Shown here one piece after another: positions 15,001 through 27,700 of a stretch of DNA of 64,000 nt. The translations under genes were made by a program, and so were the position numbers. Below the pieces are notes generated by a model. It was not told where the DNA came from and ran no database searches. It saw only the letters and a program-made list of their open reading frames with translations. The stretch lies in NCBI RefSeq assembly GCF_964194025.1, contig NC_134480.1:8618001-8682000 (forward strand), in the 5' to 3' direction. This DNA is from Convolutriloba macropyga (Eukaryota). Each line of letters begins with the position of its first letter. The stretch's first letter is position 1.

Positions 15001-16498
15001 GAGTGTAACTTTGAGTAGGAAGTGATGAAAATTGCATAGCAGTTTCATTAGGAAACTGATTGTGGTTTTGTGGAAACAAACTGTTATTAAGCTGCTGAAA
15101 CAGTTGAGGATTCTGTTGTTCAGAAGGGAGAACAACATTTTTTTATTGGGCTACTTTCTCAGCATGCGTGGCATATGTGTACTGCGGATTTTGTAATTGA
15201 ATGTTTCCCGCAACAACACTTGATTGACTTTTTGTTGGCTGCGGGCAACTATTCGCATTTGTTGGAAATTGAGTGGGGTACTGCCTTCCTGAGTTAAAGT
15301 TCTTGCTTGGGCTGCAATCAGTTTCTTGAGCAAAAGCTTGCAATGAATGCTGTTGAATAACAGGATTTGATTTGCCTTTGTTATATCTAGCAATTTGTTC
15401 CTTTTGGGTATCATGACAAGCTTGATTTGGTGTTTGAAATATGAATCTATTTTCAGTCACTGGTTTTGAGAAAAAATGCTCAGTAATGCTAACCTTAGGG
15501 ATATTTGACGCACAATATTCCGATTTAGCTGTAATACTGTCGCTTGAAATGCTCAGGTTAGTTATAGGCGGCAAAAGGTTTATCAAATGGTTTTCAGTTG
15601 CTTCACTGTTGTCGATAGTGATCGGGGCTGTGTGGAGAGTGTAGGGTGGCAAGCTTGTTTGGTTATTAGGGTTGATAGTGGCATATTGAATGTCATCAGT
15701 TGCACTGTTAAAGACAAGTGTATCATGGGCTTGTGTGAAAGGATTGTGAACGTGGTTATCAGTTCCTGTAAAATTATGTTCTTGCTGACTGATTTACAGG
15801 TGTTGCATTTCTGTTGGTCTTTGGTGAGCGCCAAGAACACGTTCGAAGTTTATTTGTGGAGCACTTGAGGGTTGAAGAAAAAGTGTTGGCCTTCCTGGTC
15901 GAGGTGGGATAGCGGGAGGCTGAATTGGGTTGGCTGGGCTGCTTTTCTGTTGTTCCAGGTTACATGGGAGCTGTTTGTCTTCATTGATGTCTATTGAGAC
16001 GGGCGTAGATTGGTGAGATTGGTTTTCTCTGCTTGAGATCATGCTGATATCATCTCTGATCCGTTGGGAGGACTGGCTCAGTTGACCATCATCGTCCAAA
16101 AGATCAACTTGCAACTGTAGTTCGTTAAGACGGTTGATTAGTTTGGTTTGTCTGCTCAGAATTGATGTTGCTGTATTCTGATGAGGCTGCTGCTTCATCA
16201 CGTTCTGCGACATCTCCTTGAGTTCCTTTTCGTTTGCTCTGGTTCGTTCAATCAGCAGAGACAAGGACCGAAAACTCTTTCTTTGCTGAATGGTTTTTTC
16301 CAAAAGGTCGAGCTGGTTTTTCATGGCCATTTCTGTCGCTTTAAACATGTTGATGGCAAATTGGCATTCAGAAGTGATCTGCTTAGACATCTTGCTGCTT
16401 GTTGTGTTCTGTTGACCGCGTTTGTTGCTGTTGTAGACGTGACGTTGAAATTCTTTATTGAAGGTAAAAAAACGGCTTAAAGAACCGGAGCGACGCAA
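11999..16498 (-). pseudogene. BEL/Pao Gag-protease-RT reading frame with four premature stops
   Basis: ORFs 15794-16498, 15143-15652, 14825-15079, 14405-14782 and 11999-14017 share one frame. They are separated only by single stops at 15794-96, 15143-45, 14825-27 and 14405-07. Confidence 0.9.
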
Positions 16499-17749
16499 AT
16501 TTTGATATAAAATTTGTCTAAGGTTTGAATGCTAATGATCCTAGTTTTTTCTTGTTCAAAAATTCAGCGACGCAACTTTTCTCAACAACAGATGTCCTAG
16601 GGTGTGTGTTTTGCTCGCTAAATCTAACTTTTTAGCACTAAAAACAAATTTGAAATTTTTTCGAACGTTCGCGCGCTTTAGTCGACTTTTGTTCAACAGA
16701 CCCAAATAATTGCTTGTTTTTTATTTAAAAAAACACAAGTTTTGCTTAAATAGCTGGCTTTGACTGTTTCAACTAATGTGTTTGGCTACTCTGATTGACA
16801 GGAAACTTGTGCTTTGCTACAATTATGCAGTTGAAACGATATTAGACCAGAACCCGTATAATTGTTACATTAAATTAATTTTTTCTTACAAAATTTTAAA
16901 TCTGATAAAAGTTCTCAACAAATAGCTAATGATCCACCACCAGAACTGAGAACTACCGGAAAAATTTACTTATTTCCCTAACCCTAACCGTAAAACCTTA
17001 GCGATTAAAATGTGACAGACCTTTCCGTAAATTTATAGGAAGCAAATTTCTTTTTGTTTCTTTTCAAGGAGTTCTTTTTTTGAGGGCTAAAACCTGAGAA
17101 CTTGTTTTAAATGCGATGCGTATAGGCAACAAGGGCTACGAGAAGAACACAAAAGGTTGAAGAACTGTAATAAACCACAAGAAGCTTGAAAACTTTGTAG
17201 AAATTGTAACTTTCTTCTTTTCTGAAAACTTTTCTTTTCTCCAACTCAGTGTTAATTTGAGTGATCTCGTAGTGCTTTTAGTGCCCTCCGAAACCAGGAC
17301 ACTAGACCAAGTTTTCGCATATGGCTAGATTTTCAAAGAATTGATTGAGATGACGTCTGAGATCTCTTTGTGAAAAGGAATCCGTTTTGATGTTGAAAAA
17401 AAAATCAAAGATTGGTAACTTCTGAAACCGTTATTTTCTTCTTCTCAGTATGGTAACGTCTGAAACCATAGGGCTAAGGGACTTCGCAGACGGCAACGTC
17501 TGAGACCGTGGACTTCTGCAAAAAATAGGTTTCTTTCAAAAAACAATTTTTGCTCTTTTTTGTTTTTTGCTGGGTATGGCAAGATTTTTTCAGTTATTTT
17601 TGACAAAATGAAGTTTTTTTCGCTAGTTTCTGTTGAGAACAAAAAACTCACAGGAGAATTTAAAGGACGTTTTTTGGATTTTGATAATTTTCCATAATAG
17701 AATGAAGCAGGCAGTTTAAAAAGAACGCTTTTTGATTTTATCTGGCCAA

Positions 17750-18302
17750 AAACGTTTTTTTTCGTCAATTTTCGTTTTTTGTAAAAACTGAAGGATGTTA
17801 TCCAAGTAATGACCTTCTTGGTGCTGTAACAACTAGCTCAAAAGTGACTTTGAACTATGGAATAAAGATTATATAAGAATATCAGGCCAAGAAATTAAAG
17901 AAAGTTTTTTGGATTTCTGTTGTCACAAACGAATTTTTCGTCAACTTTCGTTTCTGAATAGCTAATTGAATTTATCCAATTAATGACCTTTCTGGCTCAT
18001 TAACAACAAGTTCAAAAGTGAGGTTGAACTATTAAAAGTAGACTCTATGACAAAGTCAGGCTAAAAATTTGATGAACGTTTTTTGAATTTCTGTTTTCAA
18101 AAACGTTTTTCTCGACAATTTTCGTTTCTGAATAGCTAATTGAATTTTTACAATTAATGACTTTTCTGGTTCATTAACAATAAGTTCAAAAGTGAGGTTG
18201 AACTATAAAAAGTTGATTCTATAAGAATATCAGGCTAAGAACTTAATGAACGTTTTTTGAATTTCTGTTTTCAAAAAGGTTTTTCTCGACAATTTTCGTT
18301 TT
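17750..18302. repeat. Minisatellite, about 3.2 copies of a ~175-bp unit
   Basis: AAACG...TCG(T/A)CAA(T/C)TTTCGTTT...TAATGAC...CAAAAGTGA...TTGAACTAT...TCAGGC recurs at ~17750, ~17927 and ~18101, with a partial copy at ~18275. Confidence 0.85.
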
Positions 18303-18872
18303 TAAGAACAATTTCTTGCACTAAGAAGTTGTCATTGCGTTAAATCGATTTCGGCAAGTATGCATCAAAGAAATTTGCCTAAAAAAGCAGTGAAATTTTG
18401 ATAAAAATGGAAAAAAATTCAGGTTTTGTCTCTTTTTCTCTTTTTTGACCTGTAAAAAACACTGATTTTTGGATTGATCTCACCGGGGAACAGGACTTCT
18501 GGAGGTGACGTGTGAAACCTCGGGTGATCAGCGACGGTGACGTCTGAAACCGTAGTAGAAAAAAAAATCCTCAAGGGGTAACGTCTGACACCCCCCAAAA
18601 AAAATCGTCCTTCTGGGTAGCGTCTGTAACCCAAAAAATTTGGCTCCAAAAGTGTCTTTTTCTTTAGGGCCTTTGTCTTTAGTCTTTTGGTCTTTTCTGT
18701 TCTGTATTTCGTGCGTCGCACAGTCTCGGGGCCTCACGTCCTTGCTGTGACAGTTGTTACGTGATGCTTTTGTGTTGTGTCCAGCACAGAATGTAGAACT
18801 GTGGGGAGACTCAAGTCCGACGTTTAGGGCCGTAAAGGAAGCTTCTGTCCGGAGAGGTTCACCAATTACTTG

Positions 18873-18875
<3 letters not shown>

Positions 18876-18941
<66 letters not shown>

Positions 18942-18942
18942 T
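18876..18942. repeat. (TA)n microsatellite
   Basis: About 30 TA units seen directly. Confidence 0.98.
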
Positions 18943-19399
18943 GGGAACAAGTTCTCTAGTCAAAAGTTTTTATTGGGTAAAGGTTTTTGTTACAGTTTTT
19001 TGATGATTACATATTTGCGGGTAACCGTTTTCAACTTGTTCAAGGACTTGAGTCAAGTTTTCATGCGCTTGACTTGATAGTTTCACAACATTAGTCAAAA
19101 ATTCCGAAAAATGGTGAATAAAATCAACGGAATTCACTGTGTTTTCTCGAAAGTCTAAACCTCGATATCTCCCTGTAAAAAATGAAAATCAAAAATATCT
19201 TTTTAATTCCATATTCTACGCTGGACAAGCTTTCTAATGGTATCAGTCTCAACTCTCTACGATGAATATATCGATCGGCCAAAATTGACTGAACAAAAAA
19301 AACACATTTGAGTATATAGCTCCTCCCCCCCTCAAGAGGGGTCGGAACAATATGCATGATCTGAAAATATGTAATATATGTGCTGAATTTGTGCTAGTT

Positions 19400-22300
19400 T
19401 TTGGCAAAAGCTTTATAATGTCAATTGACATAAATCATCGTATATATAAGATGATGACTCAAAGTGATAACAGTAGTACCTAATGTTTGAAGATAAGTCT
19501 GAAATTTGTGAATTTTCTTTATGGTAAGAACCAAAAATTATAGAGAAGCTTCACTATTTAAGGTATCGTAATCAATAAACATCTTGAACCACCTAGTTAG
19601 AAGAAATATAGGTACCTTTTTTAATGTAACACTCCCATTTGAAATCTTAAGAACAATCAATTTAATTACTTTTATAAAGGTAAAATTGTTTCGTTTGCAA
19701 TTTCGTTTTTGAAAATTAAACACGATAAAGCGATAAAAACAAGCTATTTTTGCAAAAGCTGCCAATTGCGTTTCAGAGAACCAAAGAAAGGTCAATCAAG
19801 AAAAACTTTTTAGTAAAATGCTTCTAGTTGTACAATTAACTTTTAAACTATGAAGCTTAAAGTTACAGCTTTAAAAAAACTATAGTTTTTGCATACGGAT
19901 GACAAAGTCTTGACCCTAATTTGCATTTTACTCACGGACGCCACGGGTAAAAATTCAATCGTTAACCAAGGACAAAAGTGTTCTGAAATAGATCTTTTGT
20001 GTCTCTCAGGTTTTTTGGATCTATTTAGTCTTCGGTCAATATTTCGAAAATTTAAATCCAAGTAAAAGTTGTTATTTAGCCTAAAGAAATTTGCATGGTT
20101 GTAGGTAATATTTACTCTAGACACAATTCAAAATTATATTTTTCTTGCAGTGATATGAGTAAATGCAGAAGGTCTAATTGTGTTCCTTTTCTGAAAATAG
20201 TTGCAAACAGGTTTTATTTAATTTTTATCGAATAGTCACTTTGTAAATATCAATGTCTCAATATACGTCTGAGTATTGTGAATTTTCTTCATTGTGAAAT
20301 CCACAAACAGCTCAAAAGAATTAGTTAAAGGCAGTTTAGGTGGCTTTTTTAATGCAACTCTCCTTGTTGCAACATTAAAGACCATCCATTACATCACATT
20401 CTTAAAGGAATTATTGATTCGTTTTTCATTTGATTTTCAAAACAGAAACAAGATGAAGTTTTAAAAAAAATAATTAATTTTTTGATAACCGCCAATTTCA
20501 CCAATTTCAGCTCAGAGAAAAAAGACAGGTAAGAAAGAAAGACTTTGCTTCGAGCAAATATTACAGAGAAAAAATTTAATGCCGAACTGGTTTGTAAAAC
20601 TGCTCTAATTTTTCAACTACAACATATGAAGCTTAAAGTTATAGGTTAATAAAATTAAAATTTTTTGGAAAGGGTGACAATATTTGGTGGAGTATTGACA
20701 TATATTTGCTTTTTACTCAATGACGCCAGAGGCAACAGTTCGTGCGTTTAGCACAAAAAAAGGTGTTAGAATTGGATGAATTGCGTCACTCAGGTTTTTG
20801 GCTCTTTATTATTGTGGTTAGTTATTACAAATTTTAAATCTTGATAAAAATCTTTGGTTAGCCTAAAAAATTATAGCAAAAAATTAGTTACTTGAGACCC
20901 AATACAAAAATATTAATTTTCGGACCATGATATGGGTGAATTCAGCAGGACCAAATGTCTTCATTTTCTGGAATTAATTGCCGAATAAACAGGCTTCATT
21001 TTATTCCGGTCACATAGTCACTTTGTTAATTATTGTCGTGATTAGACACTGTAATTGTGGACAATCATGACGATGTGAACAACGGTAAAAATGAATCTGT
21101 CTTGTAACTTTCGTCAGCATATGCTCAAAACTAATTTGTGGACAAATGGACCAAAAAAATTCTATTTTGAACCTAAATACTTCCGCTTGTTGCCTCTGTT
21201 GTCCACAAACGCTGACAATTTGAATTCCCAAAAACAGACAGACCTGAGCCGTGAAAAACACGGGCGTTTTTGAATGGTTTGCAACATAAAAATGTAAAAT
21301 ATCGTACATACAAAATGATGACTCAAAGCAATAGTAGTGCATTAAAGAAGGTTTCGACATACGTCGGAAGATTGTCAATTCTCTTCATTCGGAGATACAG
21401 CAACAATTTTCATCTCAGAAATTTCACTATTCGAGAAGATTCTTTTCATAACCAATAAACATCTTGTACCACATCGTTAGAAGCATGTTAGGTACTTTTG
21501 TTGATTGAAAACTCCATGTGGAAATTTTAAAAAACAATCAATTTAGTCATTTTTCTAAAGAAAAAATGATTCATTTGCAATTTAGTTTTTGAAAACTAAA
21601 CTAATCAAAGTGAAAAAAAATCGGCTTTTGCGAAAACCGCTAATTGCGTCTCAGAGAAGCAAACACAAGTAATCAAGCAGACCTTTGTTTGAAGCAATCT
21701 GCACAATGAAAAATGGAAATAGAAGTCATTTTGTAAAATGCTTCTAATTGTACAACTAACGATACTATAGTCATTTGAAGCTTAGAGTTATAGCTTACAA
21801 ATAGTATTGTTTTTGAATAAAAGTGAAAATCAATTTACTTATTTTTCAAAAATTTATTCATTGACGCCAGAGAAAAAATCCATTTGTTTACAATTGAGAA
21901 AAAGGTGAGAAATGAAAGCATTGCGTCTCTCAGTTTCTGAGTATATGTAATCGTCGTTCACTTTTTCTAATCCTTAAATCTTAATAGAAGACTTCGGTTA
22001 GCTCAAGACACTATTACACGAATTTTCTTACTATTTAGTTTAGACCAAACTCAAAACTTTTAAAATGTTTGCTGCCGTTATAAGGGTTAACGCAGACGGT
22101 ATAATTATGTTACTTTTTTAAATTTAATTGCCATATAGACATCATTTCTTTGCGCTCATACAGTAATTTTGTTAACTATGATCATAATGAAATACTGTAA
22201 CTTTGCACAACTTCAATGGTGTGAGCTATGATGAAAGAGAACTTGTCTGCAGACTGTCATTTTTCTTCATTCTGCGTTCCAATTTTTTTCTTGTCAGAAA

Positions 22301-24148
22301 TTTAATTGTTAGAAAATGTTCTTTTCATAATCAATAAACACTTTGAACCAACTAGTTTCTTCTTTAAAAGAAATATTGGTGAAATATTGGTTCATTAGCA
22401 ACTTTACTTTTGAAAACTTAACAAAATAAGGTGGTAAAAATGAACAAAGTTTGTCGTAGCCACCAAATGCGGCTTAGAGAAAAAAAACAGGAAATCAAAA
22501 AGAGCTTTGCTTGGAGCAATCTGCACAATGAGAATTTGCGCAAAGAACTGGTTTTGTAAAACGCTTCTGGTTGTACAACTAACTTTACTTTTAACATATG
22601 AAGCTTAATGCTACAATTTAAAAAGTTTACAGTTTTTAGATGAAGCTGACAAGTTTTTGCCTGATTTTTGCATTTTGATCATTGTCGCCAGAGGCAAAAA
22701 AACATGCGTTAACCACGGAGAAAAAAAGCTGAGAAACAGAAACATTGCGTCACTTAGTTTCTGGGTATATGTAAACTTCGTTCACTTTCGAATCCTTAAA
22801 TTTCGAATCCTTGACTCTTAGTTAAAAAAATCATCGGTAAGCTTAAAACGCATTTACAGGAGTCTATTTACTGTTTACTTTAGACACAACTAATTCCTTC
22901 ATTTTTTGACATAAAGTGGGTAAATGCAGACGGTCTAACGGTTTTCTTTTTCTGAATTTAATCGCCAAATAGACATCATTTTTTTCGGTCATATAGTCAC
23001 TTTGTTAATTGTGGTCATAATTAGATACTGCAAGGGCAGACAACTTTGATGATGTGAACGCCGGTAAAAATGATCATGTTTTGTCACTGTTGTCCACACT
23101 TGCCAGTTTTCATTTTTGAGACAAATCTGAACTAATTCCGTATGCTGTAACTGTTGTCCACAAACGATGGCCTTTTATTTCTAAGAAAAGTTTAATTAGC
23201 CATGGAAAACACTGCAATTTTCGAACTGTTTGCAATATAAAGATGCAAAAGATTGTACACATAAAACGTGACTCAAAAAAATAACAGTGTAGTACAGAAT
23301 GTCTCAACATGTGTCTTTTAGTTTTTTTCATTTTGCCATGCAATTTTTTTCTTGTCAGAAGTTTCACTGTTCTAGATTGTTCTTCCATAATCAATAATCA
23401 TCTTGAACCACCAAGTTAGAAGAAATTTAGGTACCTTTTTTAATGTAATAATCCCAGTTGAAATTTGAAGAACATTCAACTTGATTACTTTTATAAAGGA
23501 AATATTGGTTCGTTTGCGATTTTGTTTTTGAAAACAAAAAAAGATAAAATGATGAAAACGAGCTACTTTTGCAAAAGCTACCAATTGTGGTTCAGAGATC
23601 CGAAGAAATGTAATCCAGAAAAATTTTGTTAGAAAATTGAACAATGGACAAATCTAAACAGCACTGATTTAGTAAAATGCACCAAGAAACAGCTTGAATC
23701 TTTAAGAACCATCAATTTAATTACTTTCTTTAAGAAAATATTGATTCGTTTTTGATTTATTTTTCGAACACAAACCAAATAGAGTAGTAAAAATCAAACT
23801 AATTGGGCAAAAATTGCCAAATGTGGCTCAGAGAAGCAAAGACAAGCAATCAAGAAGAGTTTTTTAGGAGCAATTTTCACAATATTAAATTTAAACTATT
23901 GCAACATTTTAAACAATAAAAAATAAATTGAAAAAAGCACTGGCTTTGTAAAACGCTTCCAAGTGTACAACTAACGATGCTTTAAACTCTCATTCTTTAC
24001 CAATTGACACCAAAGGCCAAAATCCATGCATTAAGCACTGAAAAAACTGTTGAGAAATGGATGAATTGCGTCACTCAGGTTTTTGGTGTATGTAACTTTG
24101 TTCTGTTTTGAACCTTTAAATCTGAATTAGAAAATCATCAGTTAATTT
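19400..24148. repeat. Diverged long-unit tandem array (about 5 units of 0.8-1.3 kb), left part
   Basis: Blocks recur in the same order: TGAAGCTTA (~19850, 20627, 21776, 22599), GACGCCA-like (~19937, 20722, 21863, 22685, 24006), TTGCGTC(A/T)CT(C/T)AG, GGGTAAATGCAGA.GGT, ATAGTCACTTTGT, TAATCAATAAACA.CTTGAACCA. Confidence 0.85.
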
Positions 24149-24554
24149 TGTCGTACGCGAGTGAAATTGCGTACTTGATCTTGAGTCGCAAGTTGTGTTT
24201 ATGTTCTATGTCCTACTTGCGCGGCGAGTGCGCTTTATACAATTTCCAAATGAATTCGCTTAGCGAATCGCGTAAGGACTAATGTTTAATTTACTCGAAT
24301 TGTAAAGACAGTTAATGAAGAATCAATTAAACTGGGCAACTGTACGCGAGAAGCAAAATTAAGAGAACGAAGAATAACTCAACTGTTATTCCAGAAGTCA
24401 AACAAAATGTGAACAATATTTTCCCGTTGCGGTAGCAACAGACAAGCATGTGAAGTAATAATGATTTATGCACATGCCCCTCAGGAATGGGTACACTGAT
24501 TAAATTAAGTACATCGTATGATAAGTTTACTGCACTAAATTATGATGTACGACA
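24149..24554 (-). repeat. 3' LTR (406 bp)
   Basis: Matches 31035-31448 except for about 5-6 substitutions and one 8-bp indel; 8-bp terminal inverted repeat. Confidence 0.97.
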
Positions 24555-24567
24555 TTTCTCCCGCTTC
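24555..24567 (-). promoter_or_regulatory. Polypurine tract
   Basis: GAAGCGGGAGAAA on the - strand abuts the 3' LTR. Confidence 0.85.
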
Positions 24568-24707
24568 AAAAAAAATTTAAAATTGCATGAAATAAAATTT
24601 TAATAACAATATGAATAATAATAATAATACTTATTCACCGGTTAAATAGTATCAACAATATATTTACTGGTTATCATAGCTAGTCAAAATTAATAATATA
24701 TCAGTTT

Positions 24708-27700
24708 TCACATGTCTTCTTCATCAATAATCAGTTCATTTGAAGTGCTATGATCGGCTGGCCGTATACGGGGGTCCGTCGGAGACACCTGTCCTATGAT
24801 AGGCGAGGGAAAGTCGTTATGAATCGGTTCAACTCGAGTAGCAGTGTCCACAATTGTTTGTATCACTGAGGGTTGAATCGATTCTATGTCGCCCACTCGA
24901 CGCTTCCTACGGGGTGGAGCAAAGTTCGGAGGACACGAATTAGTAGAATCACCTGATGAGTCGTCTTTGTCATATCCATAATATTTGGGACTTTTTTTAG
25001 TTCGTTTGGTTGATCGTGTCAGAGTATTGGGGAAAGATGTTGTTGGAGCTGGATGAGATGATTCAATTGTTTCTTGCTGTATGTTTGTAGGCGGGGGTGC
25101 AATAAGCACTTCTTCCGTTATAATTGGCTGATCTGGAGCAGCCTCTGGAATTTCGGGTAGTACTTGCGGAGCGAAATTGTCCGGAACTTTTGGCATGCGT
25201 ACTCGCATTGCGAGAGCAATGTTAGATTTGTTCGAGGATACACCACTACCAGTTTCTCGTTTTCGATGTTTCATTTTCCTGTCTCCTTTCTGGATGCGGG
25301 TACACTCTTTGATATGGCTGAGTATCTTAGCTTCCGTTGTCTTTTCATGTGTGCGGGGTCCTCTGCGGTTGATGTAATCCGTCAATTTGGTTTTTCGTTC
25401 TTCACGAGTGCCAAATTTTGCAATATCGCTATTGCGTACAGTCACTTCTACCTTACCCGGCTCGCGAATGACCGAAGTGTATTGGTCGGTCTTTTGGACG
25501 ACCGATCCTGGGGCCAACACCTCATACAAGCCATCCAGGTTCTTCTTGGATCTCTTATGAAGGTGCTTCTTTCGGGCAATGTTTAGTTGGACCGCGTGTT
25601 CTTTCAATTGGAGTGGACGGTGTGCATGCGTTGTACGAAGGAAGCGTGATTCATTATCCGTTGCTTGCCGTTCGCGATTAGTAGCATCCTTTGTCGCCTT
25701 GCACATATTACGCTCAACTTCGTCATCACTCCGGATGTTTCCCCAATGTTCTTCCGGCAGCAATTCGTTGGGGGTTACAGTTTCTTCATCTAAATAATGA
25801 TTCAAATTTTTTTCATAACTGAGGTCAGATGATTTAGGTTGAGTACTTATATTACTAAGTGGTGTATTGGCCGTACGCCCGAAGTGAGATTCGAATGGCG
25901 AAAGCTTAGTTGTTTTATGTTTGCATATGCGAAGCTGGTATATAATTGATTTTAATGCTGCTTTAATGGTGAACGTATTTAGTTCTTTGTGTGCGTCTTT
26001 AATACATGCCAAGCGTTGTTTAATTGTACCAATTAATCGTTCAACTAAACCTATTGCACGATGATCATTTGCCTGAGCTGGTATTAATGTGATATTGTTT
26101 TTTGTACAAAAATTTTTTACTTGGTTACCTATAAGACAACGGGCTTGATCTATTCTTAAGGAACGAGGAACTCCATGAATTTGTATATAATTGTCTAAAA
26201 ATTTTATGATATTCGAAGCATTTGCATTATCAACTAATTCCGCAGAAGGATATTTTGAAAATCTATCAATGCATGTTAAAATATATCTTTCATGTTCTTT
26301 TTCGTTATTAATGGGCCCTGCAAAATCTATTTGTATTTCTTGGTTTGGAACTATACATGGTGTATGTGCTTTAAATTGTTTTGCGGGAATAACAGATTTC
26401 AAATTTTTACCGATAGCAGTGCAAGATTTGCACTCTATTGCTTTGACAAGCAAATCGCGATTCATGTATGGCCACCAGCAATGCTGAGCCATACATATCA
26501 TCCCCCAGCTACCCGGGTGACTTGCATGAAGATCGTCAATGAGGGCCTCTTTGAGTGCATTGGGGATTGCCACCTTCTCGTCCATGCAGACACAACCGCC
26601 TGTCACATGAAGGTCCCGCCAATAACTGTGAAGGTATGGGTTGAGGGCCTTCAGTCTTTCTTCATCCCCCCGAATTATGCAGTCTCGCACTTCTTTTAAG
26701 ACTGCATCCTTACTTGTCAGTGACGCAATGAGGCCTTTGCTAAAAACTTTTCCCACCACTCGTTCGAACGACATTACTTGGGGGCTATCCATTAGTGGGG
26801 TACTTAGGTTGGAGTGCGAGGAGGATCTTCGTGGCGTACTCGTTGTTGCATTGTCAGTGAATGACACGCGAGGCGAAGCTCTGGTAGATCGGGTGGAGAG
26901 AGTTTTTCCCATGAGAGAAGATGCTTGTTGACTCATTGTTGATGAGATTTTTGTTTTTTCAATTAAATTGATTGACGAGAAGGAAGGCAACTGAATTTCA
27001 GATTGAGTTTGGGCAAAAAGCACTTGATTTTTGTTTACCAATTGAGCACGTGAGTTATTTAAAGTATTTGTGTGTGGATTACTAAAAAAGGTAGGAATTT
27101 GAGGTTGATTTTTGATTGACAAGTGAGAATGACTTAAAGAAGTAAATTTGGATGTATTTTGGTGAGCGAGTGACGCTTTTCTTGTATTTACTAGTCTTTG
27201 AGACTCAATTTGTACGGGAGTAGTTGTAAATGGTAGACTATGTGTCGCATATTTAGAATGATTTGGGTATTTAGTAACTTGCGTTGCAAAAGAGTCATCT
27301 AAGGAATGCATTTTAGTCTTTTGAGTAACTAGTAAAGGATTATGCCAGGCGGGTGTTAAATTGTTAAAGGACTTGCGTACTCGCGATGCGAGATTAGAGG
27401 TGGTATTAATTAAATTAGAAGTGTTAACTTTTGGAGGATAATATGTGTTAGCGAGTATGAAATTGCTTTGACTGGAATGTACTCGCTGATCATGTACACT
27501 AGCACAATTAATACCATTAGTGGAATGGATAAATATGTGTCGCATTTGATCCGCGAATGAATTATTTTTATGAGCTAAATGTACGTCTGGAGCGTGTGTG
27601 CTATACAGATGATTAAATTTGAAAGGGATAATATTAGAGTTGTATTTTTGCGACGCGAGATTCGAACTATTATTTGTTAAGCGAACATGCTGAGCGGGAT

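Larger units (their letters stand above)
9969..16498 (-). mobile_element. BEL/Pao LTR retrotransposon gag-pol, disrupted; 3' end lost in the gap
   Basis: Gag core KLPPLKVQNFNGDPLHF...YLQNSVSGKAKDLI (DUF1759-type), three Zn knuckles (CEKCKSNHSLAVC, CTNCLSNKHHKQTC, CQVCSGFHHTTLH), protease ALIDPGSQ, RT WYLPHHPV...FYMDDY, RNase H LHIFVDAS...IPKIELEAA, integrase HAHRICIH...CFLC, GVDFFGP, YSDNG, PHFGGVWER. Domain order and motifs are those of BEL/Pao. Confidence 0.95.

Noticed and set aside
10135-16498. Genome-wide alternative genetic code (TAR = Gln)
   Set aside because: The host gene ends in TAA, and its long exons and the gypsy pol contain no in-frame TAR.
16976-16988. Telomeric repeat CCCTAACCCTAAC
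   Set aside because: Only two units; expected by chance.
16500-17400. 5' LTR and PBS of the - strand BEL element
   Set aside because: Several TGG candidates, none directly after a CA end; the partner LTR would lie in the gap.
17414-18631. CRISPR array (repeat-spacer look of the 16-bp motif)
   Set aside because: Eukaryotic context, short degenerate repeats, irregular spacers and no cas genes.
18528-19077. ORFs with (YI)n runs; likewise (SL)n at 43438-43800 and (ER)n at 61475-61831
   Set aside because: Translations of dinucleotide microsatellites.
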